A stretch of DNA of 64,000 nucleotides, from the NCBI GenBank assembly GCA_012295275.1, contig CM022678.1:6324001-6388000 (forward strand), given 5' to 3'. The translations under genes and the position numbers were made by a program. The first letter of the stretch is position 1. The number at the start of each line of letters is the position of its first letter. The stretch comes from Chrysomallon squamiferum (lineage: Eukaryota; Animalia; Mollusca). A model generated the notes under the pieces. The model was given only the letters and a program-made list of their open reading frames with translations, made no database searches and was not told the origin of the DNA. Of the stretch, positions 23,852 through 37,177 are shown one piece after another.

Positions 23852-24729
23852 GGGGAGGCAGTCAGACAGATGCATGGATATATGGATAAAATAAAGTTGT
23901 CTCTTACAGTTTATACCATTGATCGCACAATAACAAAAACACACTGAATATCCAATTTATATTATGCATAGTTGACGTAACAACTCGACTGGGCTGAAAA
24001 CAAAGGGCGGATCGACAATATCAAATAAAACAACAAAAAAAAAAAAAAAATAAAACAAACAACAAAACAACAAATAAACTAGAAAAATATACATTTTTTT
24101 TATTTAAAAATAAACAAATAAATAAATAAATAGAATTAAAAAATAGAATTAAAAAATAATAATAATAAAATTAATAAAATTTGTTAAAAAATAGTCATAG
24201 TGTTGATGATATTAATTACTACAATTTGGTTTAACACAACAACAATGACAACCATAACAACGACGACAATTTTAATTCAATTAAACAAATAACAATAAAC
24301 AAATAATACATAAAATTAAATAATAATAATAATAATAATAATAAATAACAATAAAAACAATAAAATAAATTAAAACTGAGATCCTGAAAGAATTTATCGA
24401 ATAAAATCGTCTTTCTAGGTCAATCCTTAATCTTTACCTTGGTTGTTTCTATTTTTTAAATTGTTATTTATCTCCCCCTTGTTGGTAATTTTTTGAACAT
24501 AATATCGATTAAAAATAAAAATATTCAGCTTACTTCATAAAGAAAAAAATAAAAATAAAGAAAAATAAAAATTATTCTAATTTTTTTTTTTAATGTGTAT
24601 TTCACGATAATAATTTCAATGAAAGGTAGCTAAGAAATAATTAATTAATCCATCGTTTACTTTGGGAAAGTTTGTTGCAGACGACTAAACGAAATAGCCG
24701 AACTTGACTAATTGCCTGCTGTACATACG

Positions 24730-24769
<40 letters not shown>

Positions 24770-24816
24770 CAACAATCATGGTTTGATCGATTTTATATTG
24801 TCTGAACTCTTTTAAA

Positions 24817-24851
<35 letters not shown>

Positions 24852-25164
24852 CATCATCATCATCATCAAACAAACAAACAAACACACAATAAACAAACAA
24901 ATAAATAATATTAACCCAGTTATGCACTTAATGAATAAGTAATGGCCACTGATTAAGTTAACCGAGATGAGTACATTAATAATGTTGTTTCATGAAGAGA
25001 CGTCATTTGTTAAATTCTTTCATCATTTCTTTGTCATTCTAATGACATATCAAATAAAGAACACCAACTTATACATAAAAATTATCACTCATACAAAAAT
25101 AACTAAATAAATATTTAAAAGAGTAAAAGTTATTCGAAAGACAAAACAGACTTCAAAGAAGAAA

Positions 25165-25298
25165 GGAAGATATTGTTTTATTCATGAACAATTTTCTTTA
25201 ATTATGCACAGATTTCTTGAGCTCAAGTCTTAGATTTTTTTCTTCTTTTTTTTTCTGCAGATTTGGTCAATTCCCTGTTTTCATAGGTTTCGATCCGA
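25165..25298 (-). other. Terminal 3'UTR exon of micro-exon gene B
   Basis: Acceptor tttttacag ends at 25299; AATAAA at 25182-25177; homologous to 5156-5290. Confidence 0.65.
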
Positions 25299-25597
25299 CT
25301 GTAAAAACAAATAAGTAAGTAAGTAAACAAATAATAATAACAATAATAATAATAAATTAAAATAAATAAAAACAATAAATTAAAGTAAAAGATACAGTCT
25401 TAATACTGTTATCTTTAACGATACCTAAAAAACCCACGTCAAATGATTTTTATCTAATTAATTCTTACAAATTAATTAAATAATTAATTATTAAACTATG
25501 TTAGTCCAATGACAAGAGAATTAGGATTTTCCCATAATGATCTTTAATGGACAACGATTTTTCTAACTATTACTAGTATTACTACTGACACTACTGT

Positions 25598-25653
<56 letters not shown>

Positions 25654-25925
25654 ATAATAATAATAATAATAATACTGGTACTGCTGCTGTTTCAGCTACT
25701 CTTACTAATATTTCTGGTAACTCGATTACTGCTAGTAAAACAGTGTCCAGTTTCTTAAGGTAGCTTGTTGTTTTTTGTGTGTGTTTTTTTTTTTTTTTTT
25801 TTTTTTTTTTTGTTGTTATTATTTTTTATTATTTATACTGTTATTATAGGCAACATCAAGTCTGTTTTGTTTTCATTAAAAAAACTGAAAAGTAAATTAA
25901 CAGTGCAAAATATACTTACAGCAAA

Positions 25926-25984
25926 TTAACGTTTTGCTATAAAAGAGATCGTATAATTAATTAATATTTTTACAAAATAAAATA

Positions 25985-26020
<36 letters not shown>

Positions 26021-26083
26021 TTAGTAATAATAATAAAAGATCAATAAATCAGTAAATAAATAATAAAGAATGAAAGAAAGAAA

Positions 26084-26143
<60 letters not shown>

Positions 26144-28401
26144 TTCTATATACATATTACTTTCTCTTTTTCCTACTTTGCATAACAAAAAAACAAATAA
26201 TAATAATAATAATAAAATATATAAAATGATATATATATATATATATAAGCATTATAAATATTGCTGTAGGAAACCTAAAAATTGTTATAAATAACATACT
26301 TTATATAATGTTATTTTAAATTCTATAATTCTTAGAAACTTTTCTCAAACTGTTTGAACATTCAGCACTTCGGACCCTTTTGCCGTCCTTTATATTACGA
26401 TTTCAAATTTACTATCAGCAAACGTGTAAATGTCATTTAGTTCATTGGGAACTTTGATCCAGCCATAACGAGTCATTCTGCTTATTAATCTTAATTAATA
26501 TATATAAATATCCATACTGACATGATCTTAATGTCAGTAAATCAGTTAGAAAATAAAATAACACGAGCTGATATTTAAGAATATATATATATATATATAT
26601 ATTCTTAAATGTCAGTTCGTGTTTCTTTATTTTTAACTTATTTACTGATATATATATATATTCTTAAATATCAGTTCGTGTTTCTTTATTTTTAACTTAT
26701 TTACTGATATATATATATATATATATATATTCTTAAATAACCGATCGACTGATATTAAGATAATATCAGTATGGATATTAATAGTAAATAAAATAAAATA
26801 AAGTAAATAATTAATGAAAAATTGTTTTTCGGTAAGATTTATTTTGTTACCATTTATCGTTTAGTAAATAAAATAGTTCCTAAATTATATTCAGTGCTTA
26901 TATATATATAAAAAAAAAAATGAAAATAAAAAAGTTTTATTATCGTATAAAATTAATGAAATAATTCTGTTTTTTTTTTTTAGTTATTTGGCTAGAACCT
27001 TAAAGACAAGATAAGCGGAACATTACTTTTGTGACTTGGAAAAAATTAATCGAATTTTCTTAGAACTAAGTTAAGACGTTTTACTTCAAACTTCTACATA
27101 ATAAATCTGTTATATACTGCATTATTTAATTGCTTATGAAATTTTAAAATGTTCCAGAGTTTTGTATATAAACAATTTCAAAACATTAAAATGGTTAAAA
27201 ATACTTACCCATAGTCGTGGAATAAGTACTTGCTACAAAAATACACATGTAGAATAAAATTATTAATCAGGTTAACAAAAACATTCAGAACCATTATACT
27301 AAAAAGAATATTTCACAAAATAGATGTAATTAACTTTCTAATTTTCCTGCATTATATATCAAATTATAACAAATGTCGATACAGCAGAATCTTAATAAAA
27401 TTATTCGTTATTAATATTACTATATGGAATGTAAGAAATGTTACAAGTAACATGTTTTAAAGAATATAATTTTAAATTCCATATTCTAAGAAACATTTCT
27501 TAAAACTGTAAGATTATTCAGCGTCTTGTATATATTACGATATCACATAAACGTTTTCATGTGATTTATTTTGGAAATTTATTTTATTGCCATATATAAC
27601 TTCCAGTTAATGAACGTGATGTGTACTGCATTATTTAACTGATTATGAAATTTTAATATATATTATATATATAAATAATTTCATAAGATTAAAATTGTTT
27701 AAATACTTACTTGGATACGAAGTTGCAGAAGATGCTGCAAGAAAATACAAATAGAATAATATTATTAATCAAACTGAGAAATATTAGACATATTGTTTCA
27801 GAAATGAGCTATAACAAAACCATTCACAAAATAGGAGTATCTAAATTTATTTGCTGCTTTATATATCTAATAATTAATCTATTTATCCACATGTATATAC
27901 TACTACTACTACTACTAATACTAATACTAATAATAATCTACCTGATGTTCCTGATGAACCCCAAAAAGTAATAATAATAAAGTAAATACATTTGGCATAA
28001 ATGCAATTACATGAAAAGTAAAAACTGATAAAAATAACACACTTTAAAATGTCCACCACAGAAACCAGTGAGCATACAAGCAACAGTTATCCAAATTGCA
28101 TATCCCTAATTAATCATGTAATTTTATTGTGCATTACTTTGTTTTGTATAATTTCAAGCCTATAAATTTCATTTGATTATTTACTGAAATAGTACTATCT
28201 AGAAGTTACTACGATAAAATATGAAATTATAAAACGACTGACCAACTTGACGAATATTAGATATTTTCTTAGAATTAAGCAACAACAAAACCTTTCTAAG
28301 AAACGGTCAGTTATCTATATATCAATCAATATGTCTGTCTATCTCTCTGTCTGTCTGTCCATTTATATTTGTAGTCTTTATTGTTTCGCACGCAGACATG
28401 C

Positions 28402-28499
<98 letters not shown>

Positions 28500-31400
28500 T
28501 ACCTGTTGACCATGAGGAAACTGAATAAAAAAAAAAATAAAAAAAATGATAAACATTAATTATGGCTGGCTAATAATAATAATAATAAAAAATTTATTTA
28601 GTAAATATTATAATATCAAATGTAAATATTGTTAAAGCAAATAGTACTCTTCAAAGAAGAGGAGTGTAAGTAATAATCACTTCAATTATATATGTTAATA
28701 AATCATGTAATTTATTGTAAATTTCTATGCAACTTCAAGACAATGCAAATAATTTAATGGCTGACTAAAAATTACTATCAAAGAAATAGAAAAAATAATA
28801 TTATTAATGAAACAGGAATACTAATCATATTATGTTAGAAATCAGCAACAATAAATCGGTTATTAAACTATCTTTGTATATATATATATTTTTTTTCTTC
28901 TTCTTCTTTTTATAACTATAACTTACATGATGTTCTAGATGAACCTGAAAAGATAAAATAACAATAAATATAATCAGATGAAATATAAAAATTGTTTAAA
29001 AAGTATTAAATATAAATATATTTATATGAAGAAAAAATTAGAAAAAAAAAGAGAAAGGATTAAACTTCAGAGATGAGAGGTGTAAGAAATGTTTATTGTT
29101 TTTGTTTTGATTTCCCTATCTTAATTTAATCAGGTAATTTTATTGTGTATTTAGATTTTTATGTAATTTCGATAATATAAACTTTGTTTAATTCAACATA
29201 ATTTTTTTTTTTTTTATTTTTTTTTTTTTTTTAAAGTATTATTCAACTTTACGAATATTTAAGATATTTTGTTAGAACTAAGCAACAAAACAACAACCAC
29301 GACGACAACAACAACAAATAAATAAATTAAACTTACCTGTTGTTCCTGACGAAACAAAAATAAATAAATAAATAAAATTAAAAAAATATTACTTTAAAAT
29401 AAGCTGATTCACTATCAGTATAATAAATTTGATGAACATTTTTAAGAAAAATACCTGATGGTTATTAGTAACTTTATTTTCAATTCTATATCTTAATGTA
29501 TATTAATGTATCTTATTATATTTTAGACTTTTATATAATTTCAAGACTATAAGCATTAATTATTTACTGAAATAAGGCTTTCAAGAAGTTATTACAATAG
29601 AATAAGAAATAATAAAATTATTAATAAACATGACGGATATTAAAGATATTTTATTAGAACCAAGCAAGAACAAAACCATTTTAAGGAAATACTATCTATC
29701 TATCTTTCTATCTATCTATCTCTCTCTATCTATCTATCTATATTTGTTGTCGTTATTGCTTGAAGCATATATACACACACATACACACATGTTTAAAATA
29801 ATAATAATATAAATAATTATGATTTACTTGTTGTTGGCGATGAACCTGGGGAAAACAAAAATAGTTGCAAAATAAATTCATTCAGGATAAATATAATTAC
29901 ATGAAAAGTAAAAACTGTTAAAATAATTTATTTAATTTGATAAAAAGTAGTTTAATATTTTTATTTTTAATTGCATTTCTTATTTAATCATGTAATTGTA
30001 TTGTGCTTTAGAGTTTTATATAATTTAAAGATTATAAAATTTGATTAATTATTTATTGGAATCATTTGTTTAGAGGTTACCATAACAGAATAAGAAATAA
30101 TAAAATTATTAATCAACGTCGAATATTAAACATCTTTCATTAGAACTAAGCAACAACAAAATAAGCCAGTATAAACAAACAGTAACATTCAGAAAACAAA
30201 TGCATGCATATCTGATATTTAGTTCCTTTGTAATATCATCACAGAGAGGTGCTGAATTTTATATCATTCATTGTTTATAAAATTCACCGTATTTTATTAT
30301 GAAAAAATTCTAAAGATATTAAAAAAATGTTTAAATGCTTACTCAGAGGCGAACTACCAGTAGTTGCTACAAGAAAATAAAAACAGAATAAAATTATCAA
30401 TAAACTGATGAATATTAAGCATATTCAAAACGATTCAAAGAGAAAATTGGTGATTAGACAACATAGGTTCATCTAATTTTGTATTCTTTTCCACTTTATA
30501 TATCTAATGAACCTGTTGATCTAGTAGAAGGAAAATATAAATATCTAATAAAAGTATTCACTATAAATATATATTAATATAAAAAGAAAAATTTAAAACA
30601 AAATTGTAAATGACATGCCTTAAATAATTTTACTTTAAAATCCATATTCAGAGAAACATACTTAAATTTTATTATTGTATAAGCCACAACAAAATGAATC
30701 TAAGCAATGCAAGAAAATGTAGAAACTAACAACAGAAAATAAAAACGGTAACTTTCATACAGTGATAACGAGTAATTCTGTTTAATAACGTTAATTATCA
30801 ATAGAAGCATGGTCATTTATATCAGTATGATCGAGAACAAAATGTGAATGAGTGATTTATTTTAAAGTACTAATAAATAAAATAAAATAAAATAAATACT
30901 TATTGAAAACATATATCTGTCGAAATTTATTTTGTTGTCATTTATCGTTGAATAAATAAGTAAAATAGCTGCCAAACCATATGTCATTCAGTGTTTATAT
31001 AAAATTTTTTTTACCATATTATCGTATGTAATTAATGAAAGAATTCTATTTTATCAGTTATTTCACTGAAACCTTAAAAATGAAGAAAAGGGAAGCTTCA
31101 TTTTTGTGGATGCTGGAAAAAATATAAAGATTTTCTTAAAACTAACATAATGGGGGTTTTTGGAGTTTTTTTTTTTTTTTTTTTGGAGTTTTATATATAA
31201 ATAATATGACATAACATTGTTTAAATATTTACCGGAAATACCGGAAGATGCTACAATAAAATACAAATAGAATAAAATTATTACTCAAACTGAGGAATAT
31301 TAAACATATTAAATTTCAGAAAGGAGTTATAAGGAAATCATTTACATAACAGATGTATCTAACTTGTATTCTTTGCTGCTTTATTTCTTGTATGATGATG

Positions 31401-32091
31401 ATGATGATGATGATGATAATAATGACATACCTGTTGATCCTGACGAAACTAAAAAAAAAGAAGAAAAAAAGATTTTAAGTATTAATCATAAATACATTTA
31501 TTCATTTGTTATTCAGAAAATACACATACATGTATAATAAAAACAACAACAACAATAACAGCAATACAGTTAATTAAATATTATCATATGAGATGTTAAA
31601 ATAATTTTTTTTTAAATTACTCGATTCTTAATAAGGATTATTAAGACACATATATCTATCTTTGTATTTTTTATTTATTTTATTATTATTATTATTTCTT
31701 TTTATTTTTATATTTAATAACTTACATGATGTTGGAGATGAACCTGAAAAAGGAAAAATAACAATAAATATAGTCATATGAAATGTAAAAAGTATTAAAA
31801 ATTTGAATTTTTCTTTCTTTCTAACAAAAAATAAAATAAAAATTGAAACAGATAAAGAAGAGATGTATAAACAATATTACTTTATAGAATGTGTTTGTAT
31901 TTTAGATTTATAAATATATATTTAGAATAAAATTATTACTCAAACTGAGGAATATTAAACATATTAAATTTCAGAAAGGAGTTATAACGAAATCATTCAC
32001 AGAACAGATGTATCTTACTTGTATTCTTTGCTGCTTTATATATGTAATAATTAACCTGTTGATATTCATGTATGTAATAATAATAATAATA

Positions 32092-32123
<32 letters not shown>

Positions 32124-32650
32124 AATAATAATAATAATAATGATGATGATGATGATAATAATAATAAAATAATAATAATAATAATGATGATGATGATGAT
32201 GATGATGATGATAATAATAATAATAATGATAATAATAATTATCATAATGTACCTGATATTCTCGATGAACGTTAAAAAAATAAATAATAATAAAATAAAT
32301 ATAACTGCATGAAAACTAAAAATTATATACTTTAAAGAAGAGAAGTATAAGTAATTTATTTTGAAACGCATATCTTAATTAATCATGTCATTTTATTGTG
32401 TTTTAGATTTTTATATAATTTCCAGACTTTAAACATTATTTAATTCTTTAGTGAAATAATGCTGTCTGGAAGTGACCACAATAGAATATGAAATTCTAAA
32501 GTTATTAATCAACTTGACGAATATTAAAGATATTTGATTAGAACAAAGCAATTACAAAACCTTTCTGACAACAGGTTACTTATCTATATATCAATTAATA
32601 TATCTGTCTGTCTCTCTATCTATCTGTCTATCTGTAGTCTTTATCGCTTG

Positions 32651-32710
<60 letters not shown>

Positions 32711-35700
32711 CATAATAAAATAATAAAAATAATAACAAAAAATAATAATATACCCTTTGTCCCTGTCGAATCTAAAAAAAGAAAAAAGAAAAAAAAAAGG
32801 ATTTAAAAAAGGATTTAATAATAAAATAAATGTATTTGTTATTTATTCAGAAAATACAGACATGTATATAATAATAATAATAATAATAACAACAGCAGCA
32901 ACAACAGTAATACATTTATTTAGTGTAAATATTATTATATGAAATGTAAAAACAGTTTAAAAAATAGCTCGTTTCTTAGAAAGGATTATTAAGATACGTA
33001 TATCTATTTTTATATTTCTTATTTTTTTTATCATTATTATTATTTTTAAATATCTAATAACTTACATGATGTTGGAGATGAACCTGAAAAAGGTAAAATA
33101 ACAATAAATATAGTCATATGAAATGTAAAAGTGTTACAAAGAAGAGAGGTATAAATAATATTACTTTTTAGAATTTCTTTGTGTTTTAGATTTATATATA
33201 ATTTCAATACAGTAAACATTATTTAAACATTTTCTGGAAGATGGTACACAACAAGACACTAATGGTATAACAAACATAAAATGAAATTATGAATCAAACT
33301 GAGGAATATTAAAGATATTTTATTAGAACAAAGCATTACAAAACCTTTCTGAGAATAGGTTACTTATCTATATATCAATCAATATATCTGTCTATCTGTC
33401 TATTAATATCTGTAGTCTTTATCGCTTGTATAATAATAATAATAATAAATAATAATATACCTGTTGACCCTGTCGAAACTGAAACGAAAGAAAAAAGAAA
33501 AAAAAAAGATTTAAAAAAGGATTTAATCATAAAATAAATGTATTTATTATTTATTCAGAAAATACAGACATGTATAATAATAATAATAATAATAATAACA
33601 ACAACAACAGCAACAACAGTAATACATTTATTTAGTGTATATATTATTATATGAAATGTAAAAACAGTTTAAAAAATAGCTCGTTTCTTAGAAAGGATTA
33701 TTAAGATACGTATATCTATTTTTATATTTCTTATTTGTTTTATTTTTTTTTTAACATTATTATTATTTTTAAATATCTAATAACTTACATGATGTTGGAG
33801 ATGAACCTGAAAAAGGTAAAATAACAATAAATATAGTCATATGAAATGTAAAAGTGTTAAAAAGATGAGAGGTATAAATAATATTACTTTTTAGAATTTC
33901 TTTGTGTTTTAGATTTATATATAATTTCAATACAGTAAACATTATTTAAACATTTTCTGGAAGATGGTACACAACAAGACACTAATGGTATAACAAACAT
34001 AAAATGAAATTATGAATCAAATTGAGGAATATTAAAGATATTTTATTAGAACAAAGCATTACAAAACCTTTCTGAGAATAGGTTCCTTATCTATATATCA
34101 ATCAATATATCTGTCTATCTGTCTATTAATATCTGTAGTCTTTATCGCTGGTATAATAATAATAATAATATACCTGTTGACCCTGTCGAAACTAAAACGA
34201 AAAAAAAAAAAAAAAATTTAAAAAAGGATTTAATCATAAAATAAATTTATTTATTATTTATTCAGAAAATACAGACATGTATATAATAATAATAATAATA
34301 ATAATAACAACAACAAACAACAGTAATACATTTATTTAGTGTATATAATATTATATGAAATGTAAAAACCGTTTAAAAAATAGCTCGTTTCTTAGAAAGG
34401 ATTATTAAGATACGTATATCTATTTTTACGTATTTCTTATTTGTTTTATTTTTTTAATTATTATTATTACTTTTATATATCTAATAACTTACATGATGTT
34501 GGAGATGAACCTGAAAAAGGTAAAATAACAATAAATATAGTCATATGAAATGTAAAAGTGTTACAAAGAAGAGAGGTATAAATAATATTACTTTTTAGAA
34601 TTTCTTTGTGTTTTAGATTTATATATAATTTCAATACAGTAAAAATTATTTAAACATTTTCTGGAAGATGGTACACAACAAGACACTAATAGTATAACAA
34701 ACATAAAATGAAATTATGAATCAAATTGAGGAATATTAAATATATTTTATTATAAATAAGCAAAAAAAATGTCTTTGATAAAAACTAATAAAAATTGTTT
34801 ATGTATTTACTGGACGACAACTAACCACATTTTCCTATCAAAAGAAAAAAAAAAAAAAAAAAAAAAAAAACAGTTCAGTTGAGGAATATTAAACATATTT
34901 TAGTAGAAATAGGCAAAAATAAAACGACTCAAAGAAAAGGTTATTCAATATCTTATTTTTGTATTTTTATTGCTTTTTACGTTTAATCATTTACCTGTTG
35001 CTCCAGTAGAACCTAAAAATATAAAATAAAATTTGTCACTATAAATATAATTATATGAAATGTAAAAATTGTAAAAAAAACAACCCAGTAAACTTTGAGG
35101 AAGAAAATCATAATTAATATTTTATTTTGAATTGAATATATAAGAAACGCTTCATAAGTTTTAAGGTCAATCTGTTATTTCATAGCTTATTATTCTGTAT
35201 CTCTGTGTCACTGTATGTGTCTTTGTGTGGAAATTTGCTTGAAATTCGAAAACTTTAAAGACAATAAAATAAAAATAAAATAAAAAGTTCTTTTTTCATT
35301 TTTTTCTTCTTTTTTTCTTACACCAATGAATATAATAAATGGTATAATCAGATTTAGCAACTATATTTGATATTTTTATGTAAATTCACCAAAAAAAAAA
35401 TACAGTTTATTGAATGAATATCATTTCTTGACTACAGTTATAAAATATATCGATTTTTACTTTCCGAATTTTTGTTTCGGAAGATTTTAAATTTTTTGCC
35501 ATCACTGATATAAAGTATTAAAGTTTTCTTTAGACTAAGATCCATAAAATGTTATGACAGAAATAAACCAAAATGAAACTTTCTATTTTAGCTAAATGCA
35601 TTTTACATTTACTAGAACAATACGAAATGCTGGCACTAAGTTCTAACATCATCAAGAACAGTGTTTAAAGTCTACCATACCAGTCACTGACTTTAGAATG

Positions 35701-36415
35701 ACCGAAACTTGATTTAGAGCTAATCAGACCAACATATCATTATGCAGATACAGTTATGCAGATTTTGAACGCAGTCATATCAGTATAATTATAATCTATT
35801 ATTATTCTAAAAAGCAGGCACGCCATTAAAAAACATTTGTATGATTTCCATTGATTTCTGGCATTACTAAAACATTTAGAATCTTGCAAGTGATTTTAGT
35901 AAACATTACAGGTAAGATTCAAGGAAGAAGAAAGAAATCTGTGTAACAATTCTAACACTTCCAACTATCAAGAGTTTGAAACAGTGATTTTGAAATACTT
36001 ACTGCTTGAGAAAGCAGAACCTGAAAAACAAACAAATAAATAAATAAATAAATAAATGAATAAAAATAAATAAAACCTTAATTTAGAGTCTTGATTCTGT
36101 AATACCATTTTGTAAATGTACTGATATATATATATATATATATATCTTTTGTATATTTTTCGCTGTTAATTAGAAGAAATTGTTTTTGTTATATATTCAT
36201 GATTAAAGTGTTGTGTGTGTCAATAAAAATTGTCAGTTATTAATGATCAGTATCAGTACTACAATCTATCATTATTTATCTTTACAATCATACATTTCCA
36301 CTCAGTTTTAAGTAATTATTTTAAACACTACTCTTTTACGATCACATACATTTCAAAGATTTTATTTTATATATATTTCTATTTTGTACTTAATATAAAA
36401 CAAGTGAATATTTCA

Positions 36416-36466
<51 letters not shown>

Positions 36467-36647
36467 TATAATAATAATAATAATAATAATAGTAATAGTA
36501 ATAATAAACAGGCAACAGATTCAATAGTTTATTAGCAAAATGGATTTTGTTGCGATCTCATAATGTTTTAATTTTAGTTTATTTTTAAAAGCTTACTTGT
36601 TGCGAAGGTCATTGTGACAAGAAGGGCGACAACTAAAACAGCTTCAT
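25926..36647 (-). CDS. Micro-exon gene B: secreted Ser/Thr/Gly-rich protein with a 1-nt frameshift in the signal-peptide exon (assembly error or pseudogene)
   Basis: Signal exon 36652-36597 (ATG at 36647). Phase-1 micro-exons: 36020-36003, 35012-34995, 34510-34493, 34191-34174, 33806-33789, 33478-33461, 33083-33066, 32771-32754, 31743-31726, 31448-31431, 31250-31233, 30366-30343, 29845-29828, 28944-28927, 28520-28503, 27734-27711, 27232-27209. Stop exon 25936-25920. Spliced: MKxxLVVALLVTMTFAT-SSAFSS-SSTGAT-GSSPTS-FSTGST-GSSPTS-FSTGST-GSSPTS-YSTGTK-GSSPTS-FSSGST-ASSGIS-ATTGSSPL-SSSPTT-SSSRTS-FSSWST-ASSATSYP-TSTYSTTM-AKR*. Confidence 0.75.
26509..26777. repeat. Imperfect palindrome centred on an (AT)n tract, with a duplicated right arm
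   Basis: tcagtaaatcagttagaaaataaaataacacgagctgatatttaagaa-(AT)n-ttcttaaatgtcagttcgtgtttctttatttttaacttatttactga; outer arms tatccatactga / tcagtatggata. Confidence 0.7.
32500..34740 (-). repeat. Three tandem ~710-bp copies of a two-micro-exon unit in gene B
   Basis: The GSSPTS exon recurs at 33066, 33789 and 34493 with near-identical flanking introns. Confidence 0.9.
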
Positions 36648-36677
36648 GCTTGCTATTTGTTATCTTTCTTTCTGAAA

Positions 36678-36715
<38 letters not shown>

Positions 36716-36741
<26 letters not shown>

Positions 36742-36840
36742 TAAAAGTGCTATCAGCAATAATTGGTTTGAACAAAACTGTTTATATTTTAATGTTATTG
36801 TTTTATTTTTCAAAGATGAAAATAACCATTCAAACACACC

Positions 36841-36900
<60 letters not shown>

Positions 36901-36965
36901 TATACATATATACATTAAAATATAAACAATTTTGTTCAAACCAATTACTGCTGATAGCACTTTTA

Positions 36966-36988
<23 letters not shown>
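36716..36988. repeat. Inverted repeat (~75-80-bp arms, ~115-bp loop containing a CA microsatellite) in intron 1 of gene B
   Basis: ataaaagtgctatcagcaataattggtttgaacaaaactgtttatattttaatgt (ending at 36795) versus its reverse complement starting at 36912, with 2 mismatches. Confidence 0.9.
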
Positions 36989-36996
<8 letters not shown>

Positions 36997-37108
36997 TATA
37001 CGCATATACATGCATTGATAGTTATACACACAGACACATATAAATACACGTACACACGTACATATGTACATACACAGGGATACAAACAAAGAAGAAATTT
37101 TCACTTAC

Positions 37109-37177
37109 CAAGTAATGTTACTCTTTAAATTCTGTCTTCACAATCTGTTTAACCCTGCAGTTTACATCACATTTATA
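37109..37177 (-). promoter_or_regulatory. TATA box and short non-coding first exon of gene B
   Basis: TATAAAT at 37177-37171 on -; an ATG-free stretch from ~30 nt downstream ends at a perfect TTG|GTAAGT donor at 37109; the next acceptor (aaatag) precedes the signal-peptide exon. Confidence 0.6.
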
